From: Podarcis muralis
Lineage: Eukaryota
Direction of reading: 5' to 3'
Length of the DNA stretch: 64,000 nucleotides
Assembly (NCBI RefSeq): GCF_964188315.1
Contig: NC_135659.1
Coordinates: 57,040,001-57,104,000, forward strand
Made by a program: the position numbers and the translations under genes. How positions within the stretch are numbered: position 1 is the first letter of the stretch; each line of letters opens with the position of its first letter. The notes below the pieces were generated by a model. It saw only the letters and a list, made by a program, of their open reading frames with translations, did no database searches and was not told where the DNA came from. This document shows positions 1 through 12,341 of the stretch, in pieces.

Positions 1-1683
1 AAGCAAAGGTCTGACCAGAGCCTGTTGTGTGGCATTGTCCATGTGTGAGTTCTCCGTGCCTTTGGAACCCCACCAAAGACACAGACCCAAATTGCTCATA
101 CAGAACAATACACTGTACATTGGGAGGAGCATTGGGAGGAGCACTCTAGGAGGCTGAGACAGGCAAGGGCCCACAGCTCAGCTCCCTAGCTGGCCAGGTG
201 GGGTTCGCTAGCTCTGAAGGAGGGGTGTGATTCCTCAGCTGGAGTAGGCTTGGAACAGGTGAGGGTCACATGCTTCATCGAGCCCAGATGATGCAGCCAG
301 CATGTTTCCTGACCTGTGGCTTTGAATTTTGGACTTGACATAGTGACTTGCTGCCAAGTAGGCCAAGGGTTCAGGACTATGAAGATCATAAGCAAAGCCA
401 GTGGGGGAGACCCCTATGACCAAATGTGGTTTTGATTTCTACATCATGAGCCCTGTTCTTATGATCAGAGGGGAGATACTAAACATAGAGAGGGGAGCAG
501 GGTGATGACTGTGGGCTTTGTGCAGAAGAACTTGTCAGGGGAGAGACCTGCTGCCATGATCCTACATACACACATACAAACAATTTCAGGAATAGATCAT
601 GCAGGGGGAGGAGAAGGCCCATTGTACAAGCAGATGTCTATGATGGAGCTCCTTAGGCAAGTCTCACCCACTTTTTCCCTAAAATATGCATTTCAGCTGC
701 ATTTTATTAAAACTTTGAGACCAAACTGAATTGCAAAATCCAGAGAACTGCAAAATCTGAAGGATAATTACATTACAATCTGCACATTAGTTAGGAGAAA
801 CCAATCTGATCAGTTCACATCAAAATTAATAGAAATACCTCTATTGTCCCTAAACCCTATGCATGCCTACCCAGAAAAAAGCCCTGTTGGGATCAATAGC
901 ACTGATTCCCAGGTAAGCAAGAATAGGATTGCCACTCTAATTTCCCTTTGAAGGCTTGCACTTTACAAGGAAGCTAATTATTATCCTTCATTCTCAACTG
1001 GAGTAGCCAAACAAAGAGAAATAAATCTACCAGCCATACAAGTAATCAAAGGTGCCACAAGAAATGCAATGTGCTGTCTATCTTCCCTAATTCCCATCAC
1101 ATTGTCTTACTACTCCATCCTTCACCAGTCTAGTACCTTCCACATATTTTGCACCACAACTCCCATCAACCCCAGCCAGCAAGAGTTAAACGCTGAACCA
1201 AATCCATTTGCTCTGCCTGTTCCTTGAGAGCACTCCATGTAACAGAGGCTACACTCCATGTGTTGGGCACAGTAGTAGGTGAATGGTGCTTGACTGCCAG
1301 GAGTGGGAGATGGCTATACCCTCAAAGTGAGGGAGGTGGAAACATCAGCTTATGGTTTTTTTAACGTCTCTCATTAAATGCTCAGTAAAACAGCCCCCTG
1401 GATGCAGTTTTGGTTCCCTCCAGTGTACAGTTTGGTGTTTTCTGCAGGCAGTGCTGTAAACAACCCATTGGAAAGTGCATGCAAAATGTTGACAGTTTTT
1501 AAATGAAGATCTAGGAGCTGTGACTGTCTCTCAGCTCCAGCAGGGGAGGTGAGCACATTCACATTAGCACAGGCCAATCCGTTGCATGGGGAACCTGCTG
1601 CTGAGCTCATACTTGTAAACTGCATTGTGCTGCAAACACGATTATCCTCAGGCATTTGCATCTTTCCTATGAAACAATGCTGG

Positions 1684-1880
1684 NNNNNNNNNNNNNNNNN
1701 NNNNNNNNNNNNNNNNNNNNNNNNNNNNNNNNNNNNNNNNNNNNNNNNNNNNNNNNNNNNNNNNNNNNNNNNNNNNNNNNNNNNNNNNNNNNNNNNNNNN
1801 NNNNNNNNNNNNNNNNNNNNNNNNNNNNNNNNNNNNNNNNNNNNNNNNNNNNNNNNNNNNNNNNNNNNNNNNNNNNNNNN
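1684..1880. other. Assembly gap (197 N)
   Basis: Continuous run of N. ORFs spanning it are artefacts. Confidence 1.
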
Positions 1881-2062
1881 CATTGCATGAGTTGCTGAAT
1901 GCAAGGAACACACTATCCTGGTGCCAGTTTTGTCTTTCTTTATTGCTGAGACCTCAGGAAGGCCCTTCCTGTTATGTTCCTCTTCCTTCTAAGAATAGGG
2001 TAACGCCAGCCAATCAGGAAAAGCCAATCAGGAAAATTGCTTTAAGACTCAGCTCTTCAGGG

Positions 2063-2794
2063 CAGGGGCGTAGGAAAGGGGGGGACGGGGGGCGGGCTGC
2101 CCCAGTGCCATCATGGAGGGGGGTGACAAATTATCAAGGAATAATTACTGCCCTACTAGGGCGGTTCATGAAAAACTTTTTTTAAAAAAATGCCTGCTCC
2201 AAAGGTCTTATTTTGCTACACTAGGGATTATATAGCTACATATGAAATTTCATGCATATCAGTTAATATATTGACCCTCCTCCATGAAAATAGCTGTTTA
2301 CTTGGCCACTTTCCTATGTCGTGAAGGCTGAAATTTCAACAAAGCACATCCCTTTGCTAGACTCTTTTCAGGCACTTGCTAAAAGCATTCCTCTTTAGGC
2401 AAGCATACCCAGGTGCTTAGGAAGTTGAAGTAATTTTAATCTTAATATTTTAGCTTTTGTATGTTTTAAAGTAGGAATGTTAATTTTTCTTGATTTTACT
2501 GCTGTGGTGTTGGGTTTTTTTGTTTTTTGTTTTGGTATACCACTTTGCAGGTTTTTTTAAAATAAATATAAATAAAATAACACAAGCCAAAACACAATCC
2601 ATCCTGTAGATTTAAGTATCTGTCCATAGTCACCTACTTGTTATCAGAGGCTTAGAATCCACATTCCTTTGTAAGAAAATAGGAAATAACATAAAACCAT
2701 TTTTGCAGGCAAAAAAGAGGGGGGGGAAATCAATGTGGGGGGGATGACAAGATTTTTTTTGCTCCGGGTACCACCTGACCTTCCTACGCCTCTG
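2063..2794. mobile_element. Non-autonomous DNA transposon (MITE-like) with ~14-bp terminal inverted repeats (TIRs)
   Basis: Left end CAGGGGCGTAGGAA (2063-2076); right end TTCCTACGCCTCTG (2781-2794) is its reverse complement with 1 mismatch. Superfamily not determined. Confidence 0.6.
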
Positions 2795-5700
2795 CTTCAG
2801 GGTAACTAAGTGCTCCAGGTGGGTTCAGCCTCTGCACCAGGGATGGAGAACTGGATATAGACCCTTGCCTTCCCATCCTCCACCCCCATTGGACAAGTTT
2901 GACAGGTGGGCAAGTGGGCCCCACCTGTCAATTACTTGAAAACACAGCAACTTCCAGTGACCCATTTTTCCTTTGAAATCAAACTGCACAAAGGCACAGC
3001 ACTTTGCAAACATTGATGATCAGCTGTTTGGTGCCTGGAACATGTCAGTGCCAGTCAGCTCTTTGCCTGCCCCACACCTGACATTATATATGACATCGGC
3101 TATAGGCACTGCTTTTATTCTGGGGGGATGCAGGGGTACACATACCCCTAAACATTTTGTGAATCTAAGTTTGGCCTCATTGAGAGGCAGTGTTTCAAAT
3201 ATGAGTAGGAAAATAAGAGTACCCCTAAACATTTTGGGGGGGAGAGAGGCACTGCTATAGGGCAGAAATGATGAGAAAGCTTGGTGCACCAGATTGGACC
3301 CACAAGCCCAAAGGTTCCCCACTCCTGTTCTACACATAGCATTGCCCCAAGATATGACACATTCCTGAGGTTCCGGATTGCAAGGGAAGTTGCTGAAAAG
3401 AGCACATGGAACACAGCTATGTGCACTGCTGTGTAAATCAGCAGTGGGTTTTTTAAAAAAAAAAATTAAAAAGCAAACGGGTTTACAGAAATAAGCCTAA
3501 TTACCAAAATCACTGTCACTGAGCCGTTTCCAGGAAAAAGGATGACACAACATCCGTAATTTCAGCAGCATGAAAATCTTTTCACTGGTGATGAACGCCA
3601 GTGACTCCTCTTTCGTCAAGGCCCTTGACACTTTTGTACCCAATAGATTTAGACAATAATTAACTTACTACCTAAAATACCTTCAGTCGCATGATGAGAG
3701 CTAGCGACACACATAATTAGCATCCTTCTAATTGAGTCCAATCAAAACTACAGGATTTATTGTACATGTACAAATAACTAATTTAGAGTTGGAGGGTTGG
3801 AGTGATGGCCACAAAAGGGTCTGTATGACATCAGTCAGGCTCATAGAGTAACCTGATACTAGCCTGATACAAAGATGGCAAAGAATGCCTGTGTGTCTTT
3901 TGTTTGAGCCAACCCCAGGGTACATAGATCCATCATTTTTATTTATTCTGCTTATTTGTTCTGCTTGAGCAAAGAGTGTTTTGCTGGATGAAGGCAGGAG
4001 CTCCTAGGGAAAAAAGCATGTATGCAGATACAGACATGTTCCTGATGGAAACACTGAGGTTTTCAAAAAGGAGAAAGGGCAGAATTTCCACATGCTGCAA
4101 CAGCATTACTCCACTGCAGCAAAACCAACAATGAAATTTGCCACACAGTTGGGAGTCTGAGAAGCTGCCATCTAAAAGGTATGGCCTTACTTCATTCAAA
4201 GAACTATTAGAAAATTCTTCTCCAATACAGGAGGAGAGCATTTCTAGGGAAAGCTGTTAGAATATGGCATTAGCAGGACTATTTTTCCTAAACCTAACTG
4301 TGAAATGGTGGAAGGGAGGCAATCTACATTGTGACTGTGGCAGGAGACGGTGTTCTCCCTCTATGGTTGGAGGCAGTAGACAGAGCCATCCCAAGCCATT
4401 TTGCTGCTGGAGGCAAAACAGAAAATAGCACCCCACCCAGCCGCCTCCCTCTCTTACCAGAGTGGGCTCACCCACAGTTAGTTAGAATCCCACACAGTTG
4501 TCACCACTGCCGATCTGTGGCTGTTTAAATCAATAAATGTGGCAGCCATTCACCCAGCTTTGTGGCTAGCCTATTGTCTTATTGCTTCCCTGTGAGGTTG
4601 CAATTAGTGTCATGTGAAGTTGAGCCCCTATGTAGATTTTTGCTTGTGAAAAGGAGGGAGCCCAGACTATGCATTTTCGTTAAATCCTTTTACTGTACCT
4701 GTAGCTTTGTTCCTCTGCAACGTTCCTTGCTGCTGCAGAGGTAAGTCTTTCTGTGGGTTCTGTTGCAGAAATACATTGTCTGCATGTTTTTCAATGCAGT
4801 CCTACTGCATCATGATTTTGTAGTCACAAGAGGGCATAAATGCTTTGCTGTTCTGCTTGCATATTTGGTTTGGGGTCAACACACAAAAAAATTAACCTTA
4901 ACATAAAAAATTATACCTATTTTGAAAACATTTTGTCGTCCAAGAGTGCAGATTTGGCTCTTAGGTCATACTCATGCTTGGTCTCAGAAGCTAAAATATC
5001 ATGAACATGCTTATAATTTGGGGGGAGGTTAGGTAATGTGGAAAGAAAAATACAATGAGAATATCTAGTCATCATTCATACTACTGTGTCAACAATATAA
5101 ATTTTCCCTGTGAGAAATGGTTACAGCCTTTAGGGGAGCATATTACAGCATACCCAACAAATGTCCTGGAAAATGGGACGTCCCACTTTTTCTCACAAGC
5201 AGATGGGGGCCAAAATGGCTGCAGAAATCTTATGCTATATCAGGCTGCACTCTTGCCTTGAAAAAAGTGCTTTTGGGGGGCATCAATCTTGCACACCACC
5301 CCAAAACATGTGCAAGATAGCTCCCCCCAAAAAAATCTTGTGCCGCAATCTCGTGTGGGTCACGTGACACACATGGGAGTGAGACCCCTGAAGATGGCAC
5401 CCTGGTTTTGGGCCACTTTGTATTGGAAGGTATGATAAAGGTGTATAAGATTATGTCTTGTGTAGACAAGGTAAATAGTTTTTATTGCTCTCTCATAATG
5501 CTGGAACGTGGGGGCCATCCAAGGACAATGTATGTTGGAAGATTCACAGCAGACAAAGGTACTTCTTCATATTGTGCATACACTCAAGTTCTGCTTATGG
5601 GTTTCCGATAAGCATCGGGTTGCCTACTGTAATGCTTTGATTAGCTGAACTTTTGGTCTGATCCAGAAACACTTCTTATGTTCTTAAGGTCCTGACAAAC

Positions 5701-6833
5701 CTGTAGCATCAAAAGTATAGCAGACTTTGCTGTGGCTGCAACATTATCAAAACAGGATTCTGAATTGTCTAAAGTGTCAAAATCAACCCAAAGCCCAATT
5801 TATTCTGAATTTCGCTGGCAAGTCTGGGAAAAGAAGAATAACCATCAAATATTTAACAGGCTCAAATAAAAAAGATGGAGAACAGTAAAAGAGAACACTG
5901 AGAAAAGTAGAGTTTAGTTAAATATTAATTAAAATAACCTACCAGCAATATCAGGCAAGTGACGAAACAAATTGCAGATTGTCCTTTTGGGAGAGTAGCA
6001 TGAAGAAAAGATTGTGTTCAGTTTTCTCCACATTAAATAACTGTGACAATTGATAAAATTGTTAATTCAACCAGCTGTTAATTCACCAGCTCGGGGCATG
6101 GCAGAGTGGGATGTAATCTGAGGAGAAGCCCCCCACTTTTTTTTCAGGGAGAGAGAAACTTTGGAGGGGGGATGGGGCAAGGTAGGAAAGGAGTGTTTCT
6201 TCTGTCCAGTGGGATTTCTAGAGCATGTAAAAATATAATCCGGCATGCTTCATAGAGCAAAGACTCTGCCAGCTTGGATCTGGAGCATGAGATGGGAAGC
6301 ATAATCTGGCATACTCCATAGCCAGTGCTTGGCACATGACAGGAAAACAAAGAGCAAGCACTCAGATTCCCCCAAGAGCATGCAAGGAGATGGAAGAAGG
6401 CCCCCCCCCCCTTTTGGCTGGTGCATAGTGATGTGCAAGACAATGTGCCCAGCCCCTGGGAAGTGCATTTTCCCCAAGAACATTCCACCAAATAGGCTAG
6501 ATGGAACTGAGACAGCGGTGCACTGTTCTGGGCCACTGGGGCAAGAGAGGCAGTGCGGGGAAATCCTTGGTGCCACTTGGCACATTCCTAAGATGGTCTG
6601 AGGAGGAAGGCAGGGCTTGATCCCTACTTAAAGGATGGTCTGTCTTCTCTCTAGCAGCACCCTCCCTCCCTCCCAGTGTGCTTTGGGGTCGCCACATAAG
6701 ATTTCCCCCCAAACTGCATATTGGATCGCAAATTGGCTCTTTGCCTACTTCGCACTGAATAGCGGGACAGAGTGCTAGATGGTCTATTGCATTGTTTCAG
6801 TAGGTTAATCTTCTTGATTTGGTCACTTTGGAC

Positions 6834-6945
6834 CAGGCATAGGCAAACTCCAGCCCTCCAGATGTTTAGGACTACAATTCCTATCATCCCTAGCTAACAG
6901 GATCAGTGGTCAGGGATGATGGGAATTGTAGTTTGCCTATGCCTG
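6834..6945. mobile_element. hAT-type palindromic MITE
   Basis: TIR CAGGCATAGGCAAACT / AGTTTGCCTATGCCTG. Perfect 8-bp TSD CTTTGGAC at 6826-6833 and 6946-6953; an 8-bp TSD is typical of hAT. Confidence 0.9.
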
Positions 6946-6955
6946 CTTTGGACAG

Positions 6956-7437
6956 TGTAGATGCAGGAAAAGAAATAGTTTGGTTTAGGCTAGTGACACC
7001 CTTTAGGCACCTTTCAAGTGATGGGTCAGCCTTGAGGCTCACTTCTCAGACTCCACAGTTCAGTGGGTGGGATAGGGGCCTTCATTGAGGCCAAACTTCC
7101 TCATCCACTAGGAGTTCTGCAGTCCCGGGGGCATGATGAGGCAAAGTCTCCGTTCTTACCTTCACAGTATGGGCCAGGAATCAGGGCAGGCTAGAAAGCT
7201 GTGCCCTAATTCCTTAGGCAAGGGTGGGTCACCCAATGGCTATAGTTATCCAATTAAGTTAGTTCCCACCCCATAGTCATCTCCCTCTGCTGATTTTAAT
7301 AAAAGTTCTAAATAAAAAGGGCCCATTTCAACCCCAGCTTATGTGTCTGCCTCTTTATTTGCCTATCTGGATGCAAGGGCTACTTAAGTAGCAATGCCAG
7401 TAAGCCATTGGGAAAGCTACACTTTCAAGAGGCTACA
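6956..7437 (+). mobile_element. Possible degraded solo LTR
   Basis: TGTAG...CTACA inverted ends; AATAAA signals near 7299 and 7312 followed by a U5-like GT-rich tract. No clean TSD; boundaries approximate. Confidence 0.35.
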
Positions 7438-7859
7438 GCAGGTATAGGAAACCTCTGATGCTCCAGATATTTTCCTTTCCTTTCCCCATGGTTTGCTGAT
7501 GCTGGAGCGCAACCATCAACTACCAGCATGTGGGATTAATGGTAAAGAGGGAAAGGGTTTGGAGGACTGATGGAAACATAGGGGGAAAGGGCTGGGGGCT
7601 TAGAGGTGACTCATCTTCCTTCTGAAGTTAGCTTTCAAACCTATCTGATACAGCATTGATTGCAGGACAGTTTAGAAAAACTGAATTTGGGTGAAAATGC
7701 CTCATCTTATTTTCAATCCAGCAAGAGCAGTGAAGGGGAAGGAAGTTGCCCATCTAATCATGAAGGTACCAAAGTACTGTAAGAAGAGGAAGAAGAAAAG
7801 CAAGCACAAAGTGTCCCTGTTAGCACTAATGTAAGAACTGTGTATCAACAGTAGTGTTG

Positions 7860-8240
7860 ATTCTCATGAAGGAGCATCAAAAACTAATACATGCTAGATT
7901 TTCTACTTATAAATGGAGAAAAACATTGATGTGGTAGATCTCCTGGAACAAACACATTCACTCAGATTGTTTGAGGAAAGTGAAATTAAAGATGAAAAAA
8001 CAGTGAATAAGGTTTTCAAGAAGGAGAACAAGAAGAAACTACCAATTGTTTCATTGAAGTTTTCCAGCTAACAACACATATTTTATCGTTCTCCAGCTTT
8101 TCTCTTACGTAGCAAAGCTTGGTAACCCTGATCTGTACAGTTGTTCAGGAGAGTGTGCATTGAGTAAACCATGTGTAACAAGTACCAGAATAAGGAGACC
8201 GTGTTTGACAATAGGATGTCCTGTCTAAAATTGGAAAAGT
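7860..8240 (+). pseudogene. Possible decayed hAT transposase C-terminal relic
   Basis: Fragments translate to EKNIDVVDLLEQTHSLR and IVLQLFSY...YSCSGECALSK, resembling the hAT dimerisation motif (TNCSGERSFSK-like). Stops and frameshifts present. Confidence 0.3.
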
Positions 8241-8620
8241 AAATTTTATAAAATCTGTCCTGGGTAAAATAGAAAAATACAATATATTGAACCAGATAGA
8301 TATAGATGCTGATATCTCATGCACAAACTTTTAAAGAAATAACTAATTCTCAAGTAAACCTCACTCGGCCAAGCGATAACTAATGATGAAAGTAACTATG
8401 GTTCAATTTATGTTCAAAAAGCCCATAGATACATTTTGCTTTTTAACAAACAGGAACAGGAAAGTTTCCCATCAAAAAAAATGTGGGTTTCAATCCTATT
8501 TTGTTGTTGTTGTTTAGTCGTTTAGTCGTGTCCAACTCTTCGTGACCCCATGGACCAGAGCACGCCAGGCACCTCTGTCCTCCACTACCTCCCGCAGTTT
8601 GGTCAAACTCATGCTGGTAG

Positions 8621-9024
8621 TCAAAACAAAAAAAATTCCTTCCAGTAGCACCTTAAAGACCAACTAAGTTAGTTCTTGGTATGAGCTTTCGTGTGCATGC
8701 ACACTTCTTCAGATACACTGAAACAGAAGTTGCCAGATCCTTCTATATAGTGAGAAGGTGGGGAGGGGTATTACTCAGAAGGGTGGTGGGAATGGGTGAT
8801 TGGCAGATAGCTGTGATGAGCCTGTTGACGACTCTTAACGACTGCAATAGGTCTTACAGGAAAAAGCAAGGGGTGAGAAGGTGAAAAATGGCTTTGTCAT
8901 GTATAATGAGATAAGAATCCAATGTCTTTGTTCAGACCAGGTCTCTCCATGGTTTTAAGTTTGGTAATAAGTTGCAATTCAGCAGCTTCTCTTTCCAGTC
9001 TATTTCTGAAATTCCTTTGTAGTA
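8621..9024 (-). mobile_element. Penelope-like element 3' fragment (GIY-YIG C-terminus plus 3' UTR) nested in Bov-B
   Basis: 10-bp TSD ATGCTGGTAG (8611-8620, 9025-9034). Minus-strand 9022-8897 encodes LQRNFRNRLEREAAELQLITKLKTMERPGLNKDIGFLSHYT*, resembling the PLE GIY-YIG C-terminus (RExxE...GLN). A hammerhead motif lies in the 3' UTR. Confidence 0.85.
8679..8716 (-). ncRNA. Minimal type I hammerhead ribozyme motif (PLE-associated)
   Basis: Minus strand reads GUAU-CUGAAGA-A-GUGUGC-AU-GCACAC-GAAA-GCU-C-AUAC: both core boxes, 6-bp stem II, palindromic AGCU stem III, UC cleavage site (C at 8683), 4-bp stem I. Confidence 0.8.
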
Positions 9025-10744
9025 ATGCTGGTAGCTTCGAGAACACTGTCCAACCATCTCGTCCTCTGTCATCCCCTTCTCCTTGTGCCCTCCATCTTTC
9101 CCAGCATCAGTGTCTTCTCCAGGGAGTCTTCTTTTCTCATGAGGTGGCCAAAGTACTGGAGCCTCAGCTTCAGGATCTGTCCTTCCAGCGAGCACTCAGG
9201 GCTGATTTCCTTAAGAATGGATGTGTTTGATCTTCTTGCAGTCCATGGGACTCTCAAGAGTCTTCTCCAGCACCATAATTCAAAAGCATCAATTCTTCGG
9301 CGATCAGCCTTCTTTATACACACACATATACTTCTTTATGCAATCCTACACACACACTTATCTGGGAATAAGTCTTACTGTGACTATCTTCTGAGTAGAA
9401 TTGTATAGGATTGCCCTGTTAACCAGTAGAGTTCATTTCCTCTGGGAGAGGGAACACATGGTGTGGCTTGAGTTTAGGGTTTCTAGGAAAATCTGGCTAC
9501 AGTAGTAGAATTTATATAGATACCTAGAGCAGGGATATGATCTAATTTGCCATTGATTTGAACTGCAGGTGAATTGTTCTCCCAATTGCTCTTCTAAATT
9601 ATCAAGTTCACTTAGCCTGTCCCTGGGACCAAATTTATTCATGCTGTCCAAAGTGCTTATGCCAACATTTCTGAAGTCTTTAGCAGCCAGGCCCACCCAG
9701 ATGACAGGGCCAAGCTCTTACAATCCAATGCCATTTGCTCAATAAGGACAAATGGGATGTGGCCTATGGTTATCTGAAACAATTTGCTTTAGATAAGCCA
9801 TTATCCATCCTGCTGATTTTATTGTAGTTGCTACCCCTACAGAGATTTATTTGAAGGAAGTAATCGTTAGCCAATCTACACATTAGCCTTGATTACTATT
9901 CTTTCCGTAAACCCAACTGAGTACTAAGAATCTTGCCTATAGTGGCATTAGACAATAGGAAAATTAAAACAGCATTGTTCTGTAAATACTAGGGGTATGC
10001 AATGACCACAAGTTTCTCTTTTCATCTGAACCAGAAGGATTTGGAAGCAGCCCGGTGTGCTTCAGATCCACTTTGTCTTGTTTCAGTTAGATTTGCTATT
10101 CAGGTCCAAGTCTGATGGGTTAAATCTGAAGTCCTGGTATGCCCCCTTCAATAACTGTAATGGGGAATCTAAAAGTGGCTGTAACTCCCCCCCCCTTTTT
10201 TTTTTTCACACAAGTGGGTGGCATTTACAGGCAAAGGAGCTCCTCCAGAGTGGATCAAGTATGCTATATTTCAGACAGATCCAACCTGCAGTTTTTGTGC
10301 AGGAAACCCTACCACTCCCCACCCAAACTCTGGGCATTTCCCCAGTGAGCTTGGTTTTTTTCTCTGCTTGCATATTCTTGACCTAAACTAAGAGGAGCCA
10401 ATCTATCAGAAAATAAACGTGGGGAAAGAAAGAAAATGGTTGTGTGTTTAACTTTATGGGGAGGAAAACAAAGCAGCAGATCTACATGGAAGGTTGGCAC
10501 ACGTCCACCTACTATGACATGCCTTGATCTGACTTGGTTACATGAAAGACTATCATAAATCACCCCATTGCACCTAAATTAGTTGAGGTACACACAGAGT
10601 TGATGCAGACCCCAATTAAATGTCACTTAGTCACTTTATACAAAAGGTGGGGATCTAGTTAAATAAAGTATAATTAACAATGACCTTTACACACCTACTA
10701 GTCCACACTTTGCTGCTTCAGGGCCATTTGTTGTTGCTAAAATT

Positions 10745-11075
10745 TGTATATATCTGTAGACCTCAGCGTGGTTCGCAACATAAAATTATAATATAAAAAA
10801 GACAAAATACATAATAAAAATAAGATAAAAAAACAAACCAGTAATACCCCCTCCCACAACACATTTAAAAGGGCATTGGAAATCAATCAGCCAAAGGCCT
10901 GGTTGAAGAGAAAGTCATTCACCTCGCGCTTAAAGGTGTATAACGAAGGCCAGCTGAATCTCCCTAGGGAGAACATTCCACAAACAGGGAGCCAGTGCAG
11001 AAAAGGCATGTTCTTGTGTTGCCACCCTCTGGTCCTCTCATGGAGGAGGCACACAAAGAAGGGCCTCAGATAATG
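10745..11075 (-). mobile_element. L2/CR1-group LINE 3' fragment
   Basis: Resembles the reverse-complemented squamate L2 3' end (AAAGGCCTGGTTGAAGAG...ACATTCCACAAACAGGGAGCC...GCAGAAAAGGC) with an A-rich tail region. Recognised from memory. Confidence 0.6.
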
Positions 11076-11615
11076 ATATCAGGGTCCCTTCTTTCTTACA
11101 TCATGGATTTATGTTGTTGCTCACAATACAAAATAGCTCATTATATTTGGCACTGTAACCTCACAGAGGGTGGATGATGCCAATTCAGAGTGAGGGGACA
11201 TTACCCTCACTCTGAGTGGGCAAGGGGTGGGGAATAGGGTTGTTCTTGCCTACAAGAACAGGAAGAAGTGGAATGCCTACATGGTTATTGTCAACACCTG
11301 GGCTACTGCCTACCACCCAATGCAGGCACTTCCCCACCTGCAACCTCACCTTCTGCACCCTATTTCTAGTAAGACAGGGAAGAATTTTGCCTCTGTCGTC
11401 CCCACTCCACAAAATTGTCAAGCACAGGAAGCTGTGGTAGCCCTATAAATGACTGTGAATTTGAGCTTCAGTCCAGCCTTGCATTCCAATGACAAGAGTT
11501 GAGAGGCACTGTCTACTTTCAGCATAGTACTGTTGAGAGAGCTAACTAGAATCAAAGAATCCTCCTTCAGAGACTGAACTAAATGAACCCACTGCCCAAT
11601 AATTAATGTTTATCG

Positions 11616-12006
11616 AATTATATAAACAAATTCTGTCTAATCAACTGTCTTAAATATAATAATATGCCATAAGCAAACGTACAATTAAATCTAAGTAAAG
11701 CCTATCAAGTCAGTAGAAAAATTCCAAATGTAACCAATCTTAGAGGCAATCGTTTTCAAAGCAATCAAACAGTCCCAAGTTCATGCAATCTTAGAAGCAA
11801 ATCAGCTCAGTCCAATCAAAAGTGCCACATGCATTTTGACTCCTCTTTTCATCAGTGGCTGTTAGCTAACAAGTAAAATTGGTTACATTTGGAATTTTTC
11901 TACTGACTTGCTCAGATTTACTAGAATTTAATTGAATGTTTGCATATGGATTATTATTGTTATTATATTAAAGATAATTGTTTAGCCTGGATTTGTTTAT
12001 ATAATT
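11616..12006. repeat. ~390-bp inverted repeat, probable PLE remnant
   Basis: Perfect 33-bp inner arms (11706-11738 and 11878-11910); diverged outer arms extend to AATTATATAAACAAAT (11616) and ATTTGTTTATATAATT (12006). Decayed hammerhead-like motif in the loop (11824-11859). Confidence 0.8.
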
Positions 12007-12341
12007 AAATCAGCCTTATGTTGATTATTTTACACAGCCTTGGGCTATATCTCTAATTTGCAGGGTGTTTGGGGAATAAGTTCATTGGTCCATATTAGCC
12101 TTTTAATTATCATGTTCACATTGTTTGCTACTAGAGCATCTTGCATCATAGCTTTCATCCCAACATCTCAAAAGCCACTGGGATTTATCAGTGGGACTAG
12201 AGGGGCACCACATACACAAATTCACCTTGCAAGGACCATTGCCATTTTACTTGGCAAGATCTACAAAGAAAATTAGATATATTAAAATGAGGTTTCCTTT
12301 TTGCAGACTTCCTCCCAATCTGATTTGCTGAATAGATAGCA

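Larger units (their letters stand above)
8501..9316 (-). mobile_element. 5'-truncated Bov-B (RTE) LINE 3' end, split by an insertion at 8621-9024
   Basis: (TTG)n tail at 8501-8512. 8513-8620 and 9025-9316 are the reverse complement of the Bov-B 3' end at 28.8-29.2 kb (KKADRRRIDAFELWCWRRLLRVPWTARRSN). Confidence 0.95.

Noticed and set aside
860-945. Donor CAG|GTAAGC near 913
   Set aside because: Part of a common short palindromic squamate repeat (CCTATGCATG...ATAGGATTG).
1374-1913. Long ORFs of up to 179 aa
   Set aside because: They read through the 197-N gap.
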